A stretch of 64,000 nt of DNA from a virus (IMGVR_UViG_3300037466_001520), one strand, 5' to 3'. Numbered from the stretch's first letter, positions 18,251 through 27,721 are shown. Notes: a model not told the origin generated them from the letters alone. Made by a program: numbers and translations.

Positions 18251-18565
18251 ATGGCAAAGCTTGAGATCCGTCCCACCGACTTCGACTCGGCGACTAAGGC
18301 TCTGAACGGTCGCAGCTCGCGCAGGATCGGGAACAACACCGAGCTTCGCAAGACGTCTTGCGGGAACGTCGTCGCCACGCTCCACGGCCACGAGATCGTG
18401 GAGTGGACGCCGGAAGGGACGTACGCGACGTGGGCAGGGTACGCGACGTCAACCACGCGGGACCGACTGAACCAGCTCGCGCCGGGACGATTCAACATCA
18501 AAGACCGCGAACCGCGCTACAACGGTCTCCCGGTCAGCTCGCGCGAGTGGATCCGAGTCGACTGA
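18251..18565 (+). CDS. hypothetical protein ('TLHGHEI...TTRDRLN')
   Basis: cassette promoter and RBS. Confidence 0.75.
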   Translation: MAKLEIRPTDFDSATKALNGRSSRRIGNNTELRKTSCGNVVATLHGHEIVEWTPEGTYATWAGYATSTTRDRLNQLAPGRFNIKDREPRYNGLPVSSREWIRVD

Positions 18566-18584
18566 GAGGAGTTGCAAAATTTGA

Positions 18585-18696
18585 AAGCCGGGACTTCGGT
18601 CCCGGCTTTTCGCGTGCCCGTGATTCCGAGCGGGCTCAGGATGGGTCTTTCCCGCCACCCGTCTCAGGGCGGCTATCATGTTCGCCTTCCGGCTAT
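18585..18696 (-). ncRNA. candidate minus-strand small RNA
   Basis: minus-strand TTGACA(18732)-18-TAGACT(18708); ends at bidirectional terminator 18584-18610. Confidence 0.45.
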
Positions 18697-18831
18697 GCCT
18701 CTAGTCTACCCGCTAAGATACAACCGTGTCAACTCAAAAAGACCAAAAAGTTTTAGAGATCTGGACTTGCGCAACGGTGGACTAGGCACTAGGCTTGAGT
18801 TATCAGCAAGGGAACAACGAAGGAGCACGAC

Positions 18832-19110
18832 ATGGCGAAGATCGAAGACCTCCTGACCGATTCGGCAGAGGGCGGCGCGGCGATTGTCTCCGGGCGATAT
18901 GCCGAGGACGAGAAGCAGCTCGCAGAGAACCCAGTCTTCCAGAGGATCGTGCTGGAGATCCCCCCGGGATACGAGATGGAAGGCTACGACCGGCACAGCT
19001 TCACGATGCTTCTGAACCGCAAGTGCGATAGCGAGGGACTCGACTTCCACTACATCGGCACGCCGCGCAAGGCAATGCGCCGAGTGTGGGAAGCCGTGAA
19101 CCGGCTCTAG
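18832..19110 (+). CDS. hypothetical protein
   Basis: cassette promoter and RBS. Confidence 0.75.
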   Translation: MAKIEDLLTDSAEGGAAIVSGRYAEDEKQLAENPVFQRIVLEIPPGYEMEGYDRHSFTMLLNRKCDSEGLDFHYIGTPRKAMRRVWEAVNRL

Positions 19111-19177
19111 GTTAGAGGCCGGGACTTCGGTCCCGGCCACCATTCTTGCAAGACTTTTAAAAAAAACAGGAGGAACC

Positions 19178-19552
19178 ATGGACTTGAACATCGCTACCGA
19201 ACTTACTCCCGACGATCTGGCCGACGCTTTCCGCAACGCCGAGCCGCAGAGCGAGGAGCGGGACTGGCTCTACAGCATGGCGAGCAGCATCGCGCATATG
19301 GGAGGCGAGGAATTCGACGACGACGACAGCCTAGCCGACGCTATCGAGGCGTTCCCCGGATATCTGGTGTTGGCCGATCCCGCTGTGGTGCGTTCCTACG
19401 CGAACCGGCACGGCATCGTCGATCTGTCAGGCAGCACGGAGCTTTCGGATGCTCTGCACTCGATCTTCATCTGGGAAGCAATCGTCAAGGACATCCGATC
19501 CAAGAACGTGAGCGTGCACTACGGCGAGCGCGAATTCTTCTGGATCAGCTAG
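19178..19552 (+). CDS. acidic hypothetical protein
   Basis: AGGAGG RBS. Confidence 0.75.
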   Translation: MDLNIATELTPDDLADAFRNAEPQSEERDWLYSMASSIAHMGGEEFDDDDSLADAIEAFPGYLVLADPAVVRSYANRHGIVDLSGSTELSDALHSIFIWEAIVKDIRSKNVSVHYGEREFFWIS

Positions 19553-19620
19553 GGGACTTGCGCAACGATAGGCGACCGTGTATCATAGGAGTATCAGCAA
19601 GGCACAACGAGGAGGCAGCA

Positions 19621-20157
19621 ATGGGCGAAGTCCAGTACCACATCGGCGAGACTCTTGACGAGGCACTCAAGGGCGAGACCGAGCAGAGCTTCGATCCGCG
19701 CGAGTTCGGCTACGACGAAGTGGGATTCGTGGACAGCGTCGAGCTGAGCGTGGCCGAGGACGACGACAGCGACACGGGCAAGACCTACATGTTGGCCGCG
19801 ACGTGTTCCGAGGACTTGCGATTCCACCGTGGGCAGTATCCCGAGCTTTTCGAGCCCTTCGAGGACGAGGACGAAGAGCCCGAGCTGACGCAGGAGGCTA
19901 TGAACGCGGTCGAGGCCGTGTTCTCCGAGCAATACTCAGGCATTGATATCTACGGATGCTCTGACGGGTATCTGCGCTTCGAGGTGGCCGTCTTCGAGGG
20001 GCGCGGCGACTTCCCGATTGACGCTCTGGACGAAGGTACGCTCTGGCCGATCATTGCACAGATTGCAAACGAGTCAGATCCCGGGACCTTCGGCTCCGAA
20101 TACATCTGGAACACGGTGGCAAAGCTCGCCCGGGACCTCAAGGAAGACGCCGAGTAG
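19621..20157 (+). CDS. very acidic hypothetical protein
   Basis: cassette promoter and RBS. Confidence 0.75.
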   Translation: MGEVQYHIGETLDEALKGETEQSFDPREFGYDEVGFVDSVELSVAEDDDSDTGKTYMLAATCSEDLRFHRGQYPELFEPFEDEDEEPELTQEAMNAVEAVFSEQYSGIDIYGCSDGYLRFEVAVFEGRGDFPIDALDEGTLWPIIAQIANESDPGTFGSEYIWNTVAKLARDLKEDAE

Positions 20158-20225
20158 TAGTCGAGACGCCGGGGACTTCGGTCCCCGGCCTCAACCTTAC
20201 AAAACTTGCAACTCTAGGAGGAAAC

Positions 20226-20510
20226 ATGGCGCGCTACGGAATCACTGAGGACTACGACTACAACGTCGAGCACAAGCGCAAGCGGCTTCACGTCTGGTCC
20301 GGGCCGTTCTTCCACACCTTCGAGGCCGAGGCATACACCCTGCCAAAGGGTGACGGGTACATGGTCACAACCTACAACGGCGACAAGATCCGCGTAGCTT
20401 GCCCTGCTCCGCGTGATGATCGGAACTACGAGGAAGTAGACAAAGCCATCAGCGAGGCTCTGAACCGTCACCACGAGGAGGCCGGAAGAGTCAAGCTTGC
20501 GCAAGACTAG
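20226..20510 (+). CDS. hypothetical protein
   Basis: AGGAGG RBS. Confidence 0.75.
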   Translation: MARYGITEDYDYNVEHKRKRLHVWSGPFFHTFEAEAYTLPKGDGYMVTTYNGDKIRVACPAPRDDRNYEEVDKAISEALNRHHEEAGRVKLAQD

Positions 20511-20561
20511 GCAACCGTGTATCGTAGGAGTATCAGCAAGGCACGAGGCTAGGAGGCCGAC

Positions 20562-20864
20562 ATGAGCGGTAAGTTCGACAGCGAGCGGGACGAGGCAGTC
20601 TGGTCGATCACTCTGGACGGTGGCTGCGAGACCACGGGCGACTCGGTTGAGTGGTCCCTCTGGGCAGCGAAGGTAGACGTTGACGAGGAATTCATCGACG
20701 GCGAGACCGGCGCGCGAGTGGAGGCCGGATTCTATCTGGTGCTTGAGAACTCGGTGGGAGGCGTGACGGTCTACCGATTCGACGACGCCGCATCGCGGGA
20801 TACCGAGTACGACGACGTAGACCGGGCCTACAGCGAGTGGGCAGGCACCGACGACGAGGAGTGA
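20562..20864 (+). CDS. acidic hypothetical protein ('MSGKFDS')
   Basis: cassette promoter and RBS. Confidence 0.75.
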   Translation: MSGKFDSERDEAVWSITLDGGCETTGDSVEWSLWAAKVDVDEEFIDGETGARVEAGFYLVLENSVGGVTVYRFDDAASRDTEYDDVDRAYSEWAGTDDEE

Positions 20865-20927
20865 GACTGAGCCCGGGACTTCGGTCCCGGGCTTTCTTGC
20901 AAGACTTACAAAAAAGAGGAGGACAGC

Positions 20928-21149
20928 ATGGCAAAGGTAGTGCGAGCAGATCAACTGGTCAAGGGCGACGAGATCGTTTTCTATGGGGAACCGTGGGTAG
21001 TTCTGGAAGCCGTGCCGGATAAAGAGTGGGCATCGAACGCGCTCCAGTGGGAACGACGCATCCGAGTCACGTTCGTCGCCCCGAGATCCGGCGCGAATAA
21101 GGTCTTCATGTTTCTCCCGGATGAGGTCAAGGAAGTAGTGAACCGGTAG
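20928..21149 (+). CDS. small beta-barrel protein ('ADQLVKGD')
   Basis: GAGGAGG RBS. Confidence 0.7.
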   Translation: MAKVVRADQLVKGDEIVFYGEPWVVLEAVPDKEWASNALQWERRIRVTFVAPRSGANKVFMFLPDEVKEVVNR

Positions 21150-21215
21150 GACTTGCGCAACGGTGGGCGAGTGTGTAAGCTAGAGGTATCAGCAAGGGAA
21201 ACCTAGGAGGATCCA

Positions 21216-21848
21216 ATGAGCGAAACGATGAACTGGGACGACAACGACGAAGTTCTCACCGACTCCCGCTACCCGGATTTCCGCGCAACCGTGGTGCGCG
21301 ACGAGTACCCGGACGCTCCGGACTGGGACTTGCAGGCAGCCGTGATCCGTATCGAGTACGGATACTCCCGGCGCTACGTCGAGGGTATGAATCCCGAGGG
21401 GAAGAACTTCGAGGACAAGCTCGAAGAATTCATGAACCGTAGCGGGCGAGGCGTCTGGGCAGATCTTGAAATGTTTGCAAGATACCTTCGGATCTTCCAC
21501 GGGACCAGCGACTTCCGGCAGTTCCACAGCTACAGCTATCAGGACAGCACGGTCTACGTGGCTTTCGACTCCGCAGCAATGGTCAAAGAGTGGGGATGCA
21601 CCGAGACTCCCGACGAGGCCGCGAAGGGCACAGCCGACGAGTGGCAGGCCTACATCGACGGCGACGTCTACGTTATCCAGATCGAACGGCGCGAGCAGGA
21701 GACGCGCACGCGCACGTTCAAGGGCTCCGAGGTCTTCCGTAGCGAGCGGGAGGTTTGGACCATTCAGGAGACGGTGGGAGGCTACTACGGCGAGGAGTAC
21801 GCGAGGAGCGAGGCCGAGGAGCAGTTGAGCTACTACGCCGAGGCGTGA
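21216..21848 (+). CDS. hypothetical protein ('AYIDGDVY...VGGYYG')
   Basis: cassette promoter and RBS. Confidence 0.75.
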   Translation: MSETMNWDDNDEVLTDSRYPDFRATVVRDEYPDAPDWDLQAAVIRIEYGYSRRYVEGMNPEGKNFEDKLEEFMNRSGRGVWADLEMFARYLRIFHGTSDFRQFHSYSYQDSTVYVAFDSAAMVKEWGCTETPDEAAKGTADEWQAYIDGDVYVIQIERREQETRTRTFKGSEVFRSEREVWTIQETVGGYYGEEYARSEAEEQLSYYAEA

Positions 21849-21974
21849 CGGTGGCAAGGGAGACCGGGCTTCGGCCCGGTCTTTCTTGCAAGAAAAACAA
21901 TTCGCCCTAGGGCTTGCGCAACGGTAGACACTAGGCTAAGCTAGAGGTATCAGCAAGGAACCGAGGAGGACACC

Positions 21975-22298
21975 ATGAGCTATGATCCCCGTGACGACGA
22001 GCCGTTCGAAACGGCGAAGGACCCCGCATTCGAACTGTTCAACATCGAATCCGAATTCGGCGTCGAGAACGTCGAGGCCGTCGTCGAGGTCATCGTCAAC
22101 GTCTACGGCGAGCGCTGGGAGGACGACGACGAGCAGAAGGCGATCCGAGTCCTGTGTATGGCTTTCGAAGGCTATGCTCCGCGCACCATTCGGAAGTACG
22201 CCGCTAGCAACGCTCCCGGCTACGAGTATCCCGAGCTGGACAGCTTGGCCGGGAACGCTCTGATTGAAGCCGGTCTGATTGATCCCGTAGACCACTAG
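21975..22298 (+). CDS. acidic hypothetical protein
   Basis: cassette promoter and RBS. Confidence 0.75.
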   Translation: MSYDPRDDEPFETAKDPAFELFNIESEFGVENVEAVVEVIVNVYGERWEDDDEQKAIRVLCMAFEGYAPRTIRKYAASNAPGYEYPELDSLAGNALIEAGLIDPVDH

Positions 22299-22385
22299 CG
22301 AGGAGGGCGAGGGACTTCGGTCCCTCGCCTACTTGCGCAACGGTGGACAACCGTGTAAGCTGAGAATACCGACGAAGGGAGACAG

Positions 22386-22931
22386 ATGGGCAATCTTGCA
22401 GGCGTTATCTTTGTGGGCGGACTGGTGGCCGTGGGCGGATTCGTCATGAACGGGCAGCATCCGGCAGTAGCGGGCGACTCTCCGGCGCAGGCGCAGGGCG
22501 AGCAGGCACTAGCCAAGAACCGCGAGGCGACCGATCCCGTCCCTCTTGCAGGCATGGGCAGCGATCCCGGCGCAACGGAGACCGCTCCGACTCACACCGA
22601 CTTCTCATATCCCGACGTGCCAGATCTAGCCGACCCCGAGAACCAGATCCCGGGAGACGCAGGGACCTACGATCCGAACGATCCGGCGAACGTCCCGAAC
22701 CCGGCGCAGACCAAAACTGCAAAAGTTGCAAAGCAGCCGAAGCAGAGCAAGACCTCGACGACACCGACCCCGAAGGCGACGAAGCAGCCGAAGCAGACTC
22801 AGCCGAAGACTACGACGGCGACGAGTGCCACGACGGCGACCGGCTCAACGTCGAACATGCCAACGACCATGCCGAGCACGCCGACAGCTCCGCACGCCGT
22901 AGCGCACGTGGGCAAGGTCAAACCAGTCTAG
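22386..22931 (+). CDS. membrane-anchored Pro/Thr-rich protein
   Basis: N-terminal hydrophobic segment, low-complexity P/T/K tail. Confidence 0.65.
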   Translation: MGNLAGVIFVGGLVAVGGFVMNGQHPAVAGDSPAQAQGEQALAKNREATDPVPLAGMGSDPGATETAPTHTDFSYPDVPDLADPENQIPGDAGTYDPNDPANVPNPAQTKTAKVAKQPKQSKTSTTPTPKATKQPKQTQPKTTTATSATTATGSTSNMPTTMPSTPTAPHAVAHVGKVKPV

Positions 22932-23032
22932 GCGATCTGGCGGGCTTGCAGAACTTGCAGGCCCGCCACACTTGCGCAACGGTGTAAGACCGTGTAAGCT
23001 AGAGGTATCAGCAAGGGACCGAGGAGGAAACC

Positions 23033-23425
23033 ATGAAGCGACCTAAGGGCTACAGCATCACGAGCCGAGCGAACCACGACCGCTGGCGGGACGATCCGCA
23101 GTGGGCCGAGATGGACAAGTGGACCGTGACGCTCAAGAATCCGCAGGGCAAGACGCTTTCGACGCAGTTCTGGAAGGGCTCTGGGCACAACGGCGCGAAG
23201 CCGACCTTCGAGGAAGTTGTGGAAGCGCTTATCTCGGACGGGCAGGCCTACGACAATTCCGCAGACTTCCGCGACTTCTGCGCCGAGTTTGGCTATGACC
23301 TCGACTCCGACAAGAAAGACCGGGACCGGTACTACAAGATCTACAAGGCGTGCGCGAGCATGTCTCCCAAGATCCGAGCATTTCTGGGCGAGGACTACGA
23401 CAAGCTAGCGTACGACGAGGACTAG
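23033..23425 (+). CDS. hypothetical protein ('DFCAEFGYDLDS...KIYKAC')
   Basis: cassette promoter and RBS. Confidence 0.75.
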   Translation: MKRPKGYSITSRANHDRWRDDPQWAEMDKWTVTLKNPQGKTLSTQFWKGSGHNGAKPTFEEVVEALISDGQAYDNSADFRDFCAEFGYDLDSDKKDRDRYYKIYKACASMSPKIRAFLGEDYDKLAYDED

Positions 23426-23536
23426 CAGCGAGGCCGGGAGAAATCCCGGCCTCAACTTTTGCAAGACTTACAGACTTGCGCAACGCTGGGCAACCGTGTA
23501 AGCTTGAGTTATCAGCAGGGAAACGAGGAGGAAACC

Positions 23537-24145
23537 ATGAGCGATTACGACATCCCCGAGCGACTCGAAGAACTTCGCGCCGAGCTTCGCGCCGAGCGTA
23601 TCAGCTACGGCGAGCTTGCCGAGCTGCAAGATCTGGTCGAGCACATCGACCGCGACGACGTGGAGTTGCTGGAAGCCGCAGGCGTGCCCGAGCATCGGTT
23701 CACGAAAGAACAGCTCGAAGATCTGCTCAACGTGGAGACCGTGCTCCAGCACTACCGTATCGCGCAGATCTGGACCGGGCTGGCCGAATATCCGGACGAC
23801 GGCGAGCACACCATGGCGATTGACGAGGCCATCGAAGATCCGTACTCGATGGATCTGGGCGAGGAGATCAACTCCCGGATGCTCGAAGACGTTCGCAATT
23901 TTTGCAACGCTATCCGGCCAATCCTCGCACGGGCCGAGGTTCCCGAGGACGGCGAGAACCTGACAGCCGAGCAGATCGGGCATGACTTCTCGCTCACGCG
24001 GAACCACCACGGCGCAGGATTCTGGGACCGTGGCTGGGGCGAGCTGGGCGACGAACTGACCGACGCAGCGCAGAGCATGGGAGGCGCAGCGCTCAGCGCG
24101 TACCGTGAGGATGAGGCCGATAGCTGGCACTTCACGATGGAGTAG
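23537..24145 (+). CDS. two-domain hypothetical protein ('ERISYGELAEL' + 'GHDFSLTRNHHGAGFWDR')
   Basis: cassette promoter and RBS. Confidence 0.75.
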   Translation: MSDYDIPERLEELRAELRAERISYGELAELQDLVEHIDRDDVELLEAAGVPEHRFTKEQLEDLLNVETVLQHYRIAQIWTGLAEYPDDGEHTMAIDEAIEDPYSMDLGEEINSRMLEDVRNFCNAIRPILARAEVPEDGENLTAEQIGHDFSLTRNHHGAGFWDRGWGELGDELTDAAQSMGGAALSAYREDEADSWHFTME

Positions 24146-24256
24146 GGAGAATGGCGGGACTTCGGTCCCGCCAAACTTTTTTGGATTCGGTGTTGCGCAA
24201 CGGTGGACAGTAGGCTAAGCTAGATACATCAGCAGGGAACAACCGAGGAGGCCGCG

Positions 24257-24547
24257 ATGAGCGAAGCGAACGTCAAGCGAGTTACCGAGATCGTCGAAGC
24301 GCTCGCGAAGGAACTGGGCGCGAAGCCGGACGCCGACCTCAAGCGTCTCGCCCGTCAGCTCGCCGTGGATCTGGGAGTGACGCCGAGCCGTCAGCCGGGA
24401 GCGAAGCTCACTCCGGCGAAGGTGCGCAACATCCGGAAGCTTCACGCCGAGGGCTGGAAGCAGAACGCGCTCGCCGACAAGTACGGCGTGACGGGTCCGG
24501 CGATCAACGCAATCGTCCACCGACGCACATGGGCCGAGGTCGACTAG
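24257..24547 (+). CDS. HTH DNA-binding protein
   Basis: 'LTPAKVRNIRKL..EGWKQNALADKYGVTGPAINAIVHRRTW'. Confidence 0.7.
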   Translation: MSEANVKRVTEIVEALAKELGAKPDADLKRLARQLAVDLGVTPSRQPGAKLTPAKVRNIRKLHAEGWKQNALADKYGVTGPAINAIVHRRTWAEVD

Positions 24548-24614
24548 GCAGGCTGGCCGGGGACTTCGGTCCCCGGCTTCAATTCTTGCAAGACTTTCAA
24601 ATCAGGAGGACAGC

Positions 24615-24875
24615 ATGGCACAGTATCCGCACGTAGCATCCGCCAACGATATCCGCGAGCTGAACGGAACCGATGCCGCTTTCGTGGTGGCGAAGACCTC
24701 GCTAGGCAGCACACCGTCTGAGGTGTCGGTCTATTGGGAGGACGTGGAGAACAGCGAGGGCGACATGATTCCCACACTCATGATCTACATCGAGGGCAAG
24801 GGTGTAGACGTCATGATTACCCACCACGACGAACTGGTTTACACATACGCCTACGATTGGCTTGCGCAACGGTAA
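24615..24875 (+). CDS. hypothetical protein
   Basis: AGGAGG RBS. Confidence 0.7.
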   Translation: MAQYPHVASANDIRELNGTDAAFVVAKTSLGSTPSEVSVYWEDVENSEGDMIPTLMIYIEGKGVDVMITHHDELVYTYAYDWLAQR

Positions 24876-24927
24876 TCAACCGTGTAAGCTAGGAACATCA
24901 GCAAGGGAAACAACCGAGGAGGACCAA

Positions 24928-25347
24928 ATGGCCGAACTTAGCTTCATCAACGGAACCCCGGACAGCATCAACATCCAGCAGCTTATCGACGGCGCTCGCG
25001 AAATCTCTGACATCCTCGCGGACGACGACGAGGTCGAGCCCTACGACTCCGACACCATCGAGAATGCCCGCGAGGATCTGAAATCCTTGCAGGAAATCCT
25101 TGCCGAGCTGGGCTACAGCGTCGAGACTCCCGAGGAGGTCGTGGACGCGCTCGGATCGGTAGGGCGCGAGACGTCCGGCGAATTCATCGAAGAGGGGCAG
25201 CTCGAACAGGTTGCCCGGAACCGCTACGAGGACGAGAACTGGTCAAGCATCATCAGCTCCAACATCAACTGGCAGGGTGTCGTGGACGACATGACCGAAG
25301 GCGTCTACGAGATGACGATCAACAACGGCACCTACTACGACGCCTGA
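24928..25347 (+). CDS. acidic protein, possibly ArdA-like DNA mimic
   Basis: D/E-rich; C-terminal 'INWQGVVDDM...Y...NNGTYY' resembles ArdA-type tails (recalled, not searched). Confidence 0.45.
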   Translation: MAELSFINGTPDSINIQQLIDGAREISDILADDDEVEPYDSDTIENAREDLKSLQEILAELGYSVETPEEVVDALGSVGRETSGEFIEEGQLEQVARNRYEDENWSSIISSNINWQGVVDDMTEGVYEMTINNGTYYDA

Positions 25348-25456
25348 GACGGACGGGGCGAGCCGGGAAACCGGCTCGCTCAGCCTGTAGCAGAGTTGCC
25401 AAGTGTCAACCGTTGCGCTACGCTAAGACCAAGAGATCCGAACAGGGGAGGAACCA

Positions 25457-26185
25457 ATGAGCGATACCGAGAACACCACGCCGAGCCGAGGCCGCAAGGC
25501 TGTAGCCATAGCGGGAGGCACGTTCGCCGTGCTGGCCGTCCTTGCAATCTTTGCAACCAACGACATCGTGGGCGCAGCAACCAAGAGCGCGAGCCCGAGT
25601 CCGAGCCCGTCGCGCATCGTCACCACGGCGAAGCCGCTTGACGTGGCAACGGCGAAGCCGACCGAGACGGCGAAGCCGACCCCCACCCCGACCGCAACCG
25701 TGACGCCGAGCGATCTTCCGACCGAGCAGCCGCAGGCGCAGGCCGATGAGCCGCTCGCCGAAACTGCAAAAGTTGCAACTCCGGCGAAGCCGTACGTTCC
25801 CTGCTCTGCTGTCGGTCTGGTGGCCGACGTCAACGGAGTGTGTCATGAGCCCGCGAAGCCTCAGACCGTGACGCAGCCGCAGGCTCCGAAGGCTGTCAGC
25901 GCCGTACCGTGCGAGGAAGATCAACCGTGCTGGGACTGCAAGGTCATGGGCAACGGCATTTGTGGCCCGACCACCACGCCGACTGTGCAGGCTCCGACGT
26001 GCAACGCTCCGGCAGGCTGGGCACTCAAGGCTATGCAGCTCTGGAAGGACGCATACGGCAACCGTGCGATGGACCCGTCATACATCCACATCGAGTGCAA
26101 CGGAACGCAGGAGGCTGGCTACATCAAGATTGCCGATCCGAGCAACCCGGGCATTTGGTACACCTACATGAACTACGCCGTCTAG
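25457..26185 (+). CDS. membrane-anchored Pro/Thr-rich protein with Cys-containing C-terminal domain
   Basis: N-terminal TM, PT linker, 'PCEEDQPCWDCKVMGNGICG'. Confidence 0.7.
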   Translation: MSDTENTTPSRGRKAVAIAGGTFAVLAVLAIFATNDIVGAATKSASPSPSPSRIVTTAKPLDVATAKPTETAKPTPTPTATVTPSDLPTEQPQAQADEPLAETAKVATPAKPYVPCSAVGLVADVNGVCHEPAKPQTVTQPQAPKAVSAVPCEEDQPCWDCKVMGNGICGPTTTPTVQAPTCNAPAGWALKAMQLWKDAYGNRAMDPSYIHIECNGTQEAGYIKIADPSNPGIWYTYMNYAV

Positions 26186-26219
26186 CAAATCTTGCAAGAA
26201 TTCAGGAGGACCGAGCAGC

Positions 26220-26534
26220 ATGACTAAGACCGCAACGAAGGACGAGACCGAGCTAATCGACGAGACGCTCAAGCATCTGGCCGAGGCACTCGACGTGAAG
26301 CTACTGGCCGAGACGCGCAAGCGACTGGTCAAGCAGGTCACGAAGGCCTTTTACCCGCAGCCTACCGACAAGGTGAAGCGCCAGAAGATCACGCGATCCG
26401 AGGTCGAACTGATCAAGGCAGAGTACGAGCAGATGGTAGCCGAGGGCAATCCGAGCATGGCGAGGTTGGGCGCGAAGTGGGGAATCACCGCATCGACAGT
26501 CTCCCGTTACGTCAATAAAACTTTGCAAGCCTGA
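26220..26534 (+). CDS. HTH DNA-binding protein
   Basis: 'SMARLGAKWGITASTVSRYVNK'. Confidence 0.65.
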   Translation: MTKTATKDETELIDETLKHLAEALDVKLLAETRKRLVKQVTKAFYPQPTDKVKRQKITRSEVELIKAEYEQMVAEGNPSMARLGAKWGITASTVSRYVNKTLQA

Positions 26535-26595
26535 CTTGCGCAACGGTGGCAAGGTGTGTAAGCTTGAGTTATCAGCAGGGAACAAGGAGGAAACC

Positions 26596-26976
26596 ATGAG
26601 CCAAGCAACCGCCAGCCACGACCTAGCAACCCGGATCTTCTGGAACAACTGGGAGGCCGCGCGCGACACGCAGGCACAGTGGGACGAGATGGCGCGCGAA
26701 TGCGCCGAGCAGGGTTTCCGGCCCGAGTACTGCATTCACGGGACCTACATGTGGGTTGAGTGGGACTGCGCGTGCGGGCTCTGCGAGCAGGGCGAGCCGC
26801 TGTGGGATGACGCTCGCGATTGGGACGCAGCGAAGCGCAAGGCAGCGGCGATCCTCGAAGCCGTGGAGCAGCGCCGGAAGCTGACGCTGGAATTCGTGAA
26901 GCTCGATCCGAGGAACTGCGATATCCGCGAGGCTCTGGTGGACTGGTCACTGGAACCGCTCAGGTCTGTGAAGTAG
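26596..26976 (+). CDS. Cys/His-rich hypothetical protein
   Basis: 'YCIHG...DCACGLCE'. Confidence 0.7.
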   Translation: MSQATASHDLATRIFWNNWEAARDTQAQWDEMARECAEQGFRPEYCIHGTYMWVEWDCACGLCEQGEPLWDDARDWDAAKRKAAAILEAVEQRRKLTLEFVKLDPRNCDIREALVDWSLEPLRSVK

Positions 26977-27080
26977 CGAAGGGCGAGCCGGAAACGGCTC
27001 GCCTTTTCTTTCTGCCTATGGTTGCGCAACGGTGGCAGACCGTGTAGGCTTAGAGTATCAACAAGGACAGAGGAGGAAAC

Positions 27081-27434
27081 ATGGCTTATCCGAAGAACTA
27101 CCGGGAGCTTCACGGTGGCGACGAGATCACCATCGACGACCAATACCGGGGCGAGTGCGAAGTCCTAGTGCAATTCGTGCAAGTCTCGGAGGACGGCGAG
27201 AACGTCTACATCCAAGGACGCTACATTGCGGACGATGGATCGGTCGACGAGCTGGCAGACGTCACGATCCCTAGGCCGTACGAGGATCCTCAAGACATGT
27301 TTACCCCGCAGCTCGTGCGGGAATTCGCGGCATTCAAAGTGGGGGACGCGATAGGCGGACTGCCTACAGCCCGCGACCGCGAGCGACTTGACCAGATCGT
27401 CCGGGAGCTCCGCAGCCGGAACGTACTCGACTAG
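27081..27434 (+). CDS. hypothetical protein
   Basis: cassette promoter and RBS. Confidence 0.75.
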   Translation: MAYPKNYRELHGGDEITIDDQYRGECEVLVQFVQVSEDGENVYIQGRYIADDGSVDELADVTIPRPYEDPQDMFTPQLVREFAAFKVGDAIGGLPTARDRERLDQIVRELRSRNVLD

Positions 27435-27454
27435 CAAGGAACGAGGAGGAAACA

Positions 27455-27721
27455 ATGAGCACATTCAATGCAGGCGACAAGGTGGAGATCAAGGAACGCG
27501 GCGAGTGGATCGGGCCGTATACCGTAACGGATATGAAGGGGCGGACCCCCGATCATCTGGTCCTCGAAGGGAAGCACGGCTACTTCGAGCAGTACAACGA
27601 CGCGCCTTACAACGTGCGACTGGCTGAGCCCGAGGATGAGCAGGAGCGCAACGACCGGCGCGTGAGCGAGCACGAGGAGTGGCTCGGAACCGAGGGAGCA
27701 GATCACCTGTTCGGCGAGTGA
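27455..27721 (+). CDS. SH3-like hypothetical protein
   Basis: GAGGAGG RBS; 'FNAGDKVEI'. Confidence 0.7.
   Translation: MSTFNAGDKVEIKERGEWIGPYTVTDMKGRTPDHLVLEGKHGYFEQYNDAPYNVRLAEPEDEQERNDRRVSEHEEWLGTEGADHLFGE

Larger units (their letters stand above)
18587..24577 (+). terminator. 7 intrinsic terminators sharing a GGGAC-TTCG-GTCCC core with co-varying outer stems
   Basis: 18587, 19117, 20168, 20871, 22306, 24153, 24556. Confidence 0.85.
17459..27060 (+). promoter_or_regulatory. 14 copies of the cassette promoter TTGCGC-N17-TA(A/G/T)(G/C)(C/A/G)T, most followed by ATCAGCA(A)GG and an AGGAGG-type RBS
   Basis: TTGCGC at 17459, 18190, 18767, 19558, 20497, 21153, 21914, 22333, 22972, 23476, 24193, 24862, 26536, 27022; 17-nt spacer counted for each. 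Confidence 0.9.
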
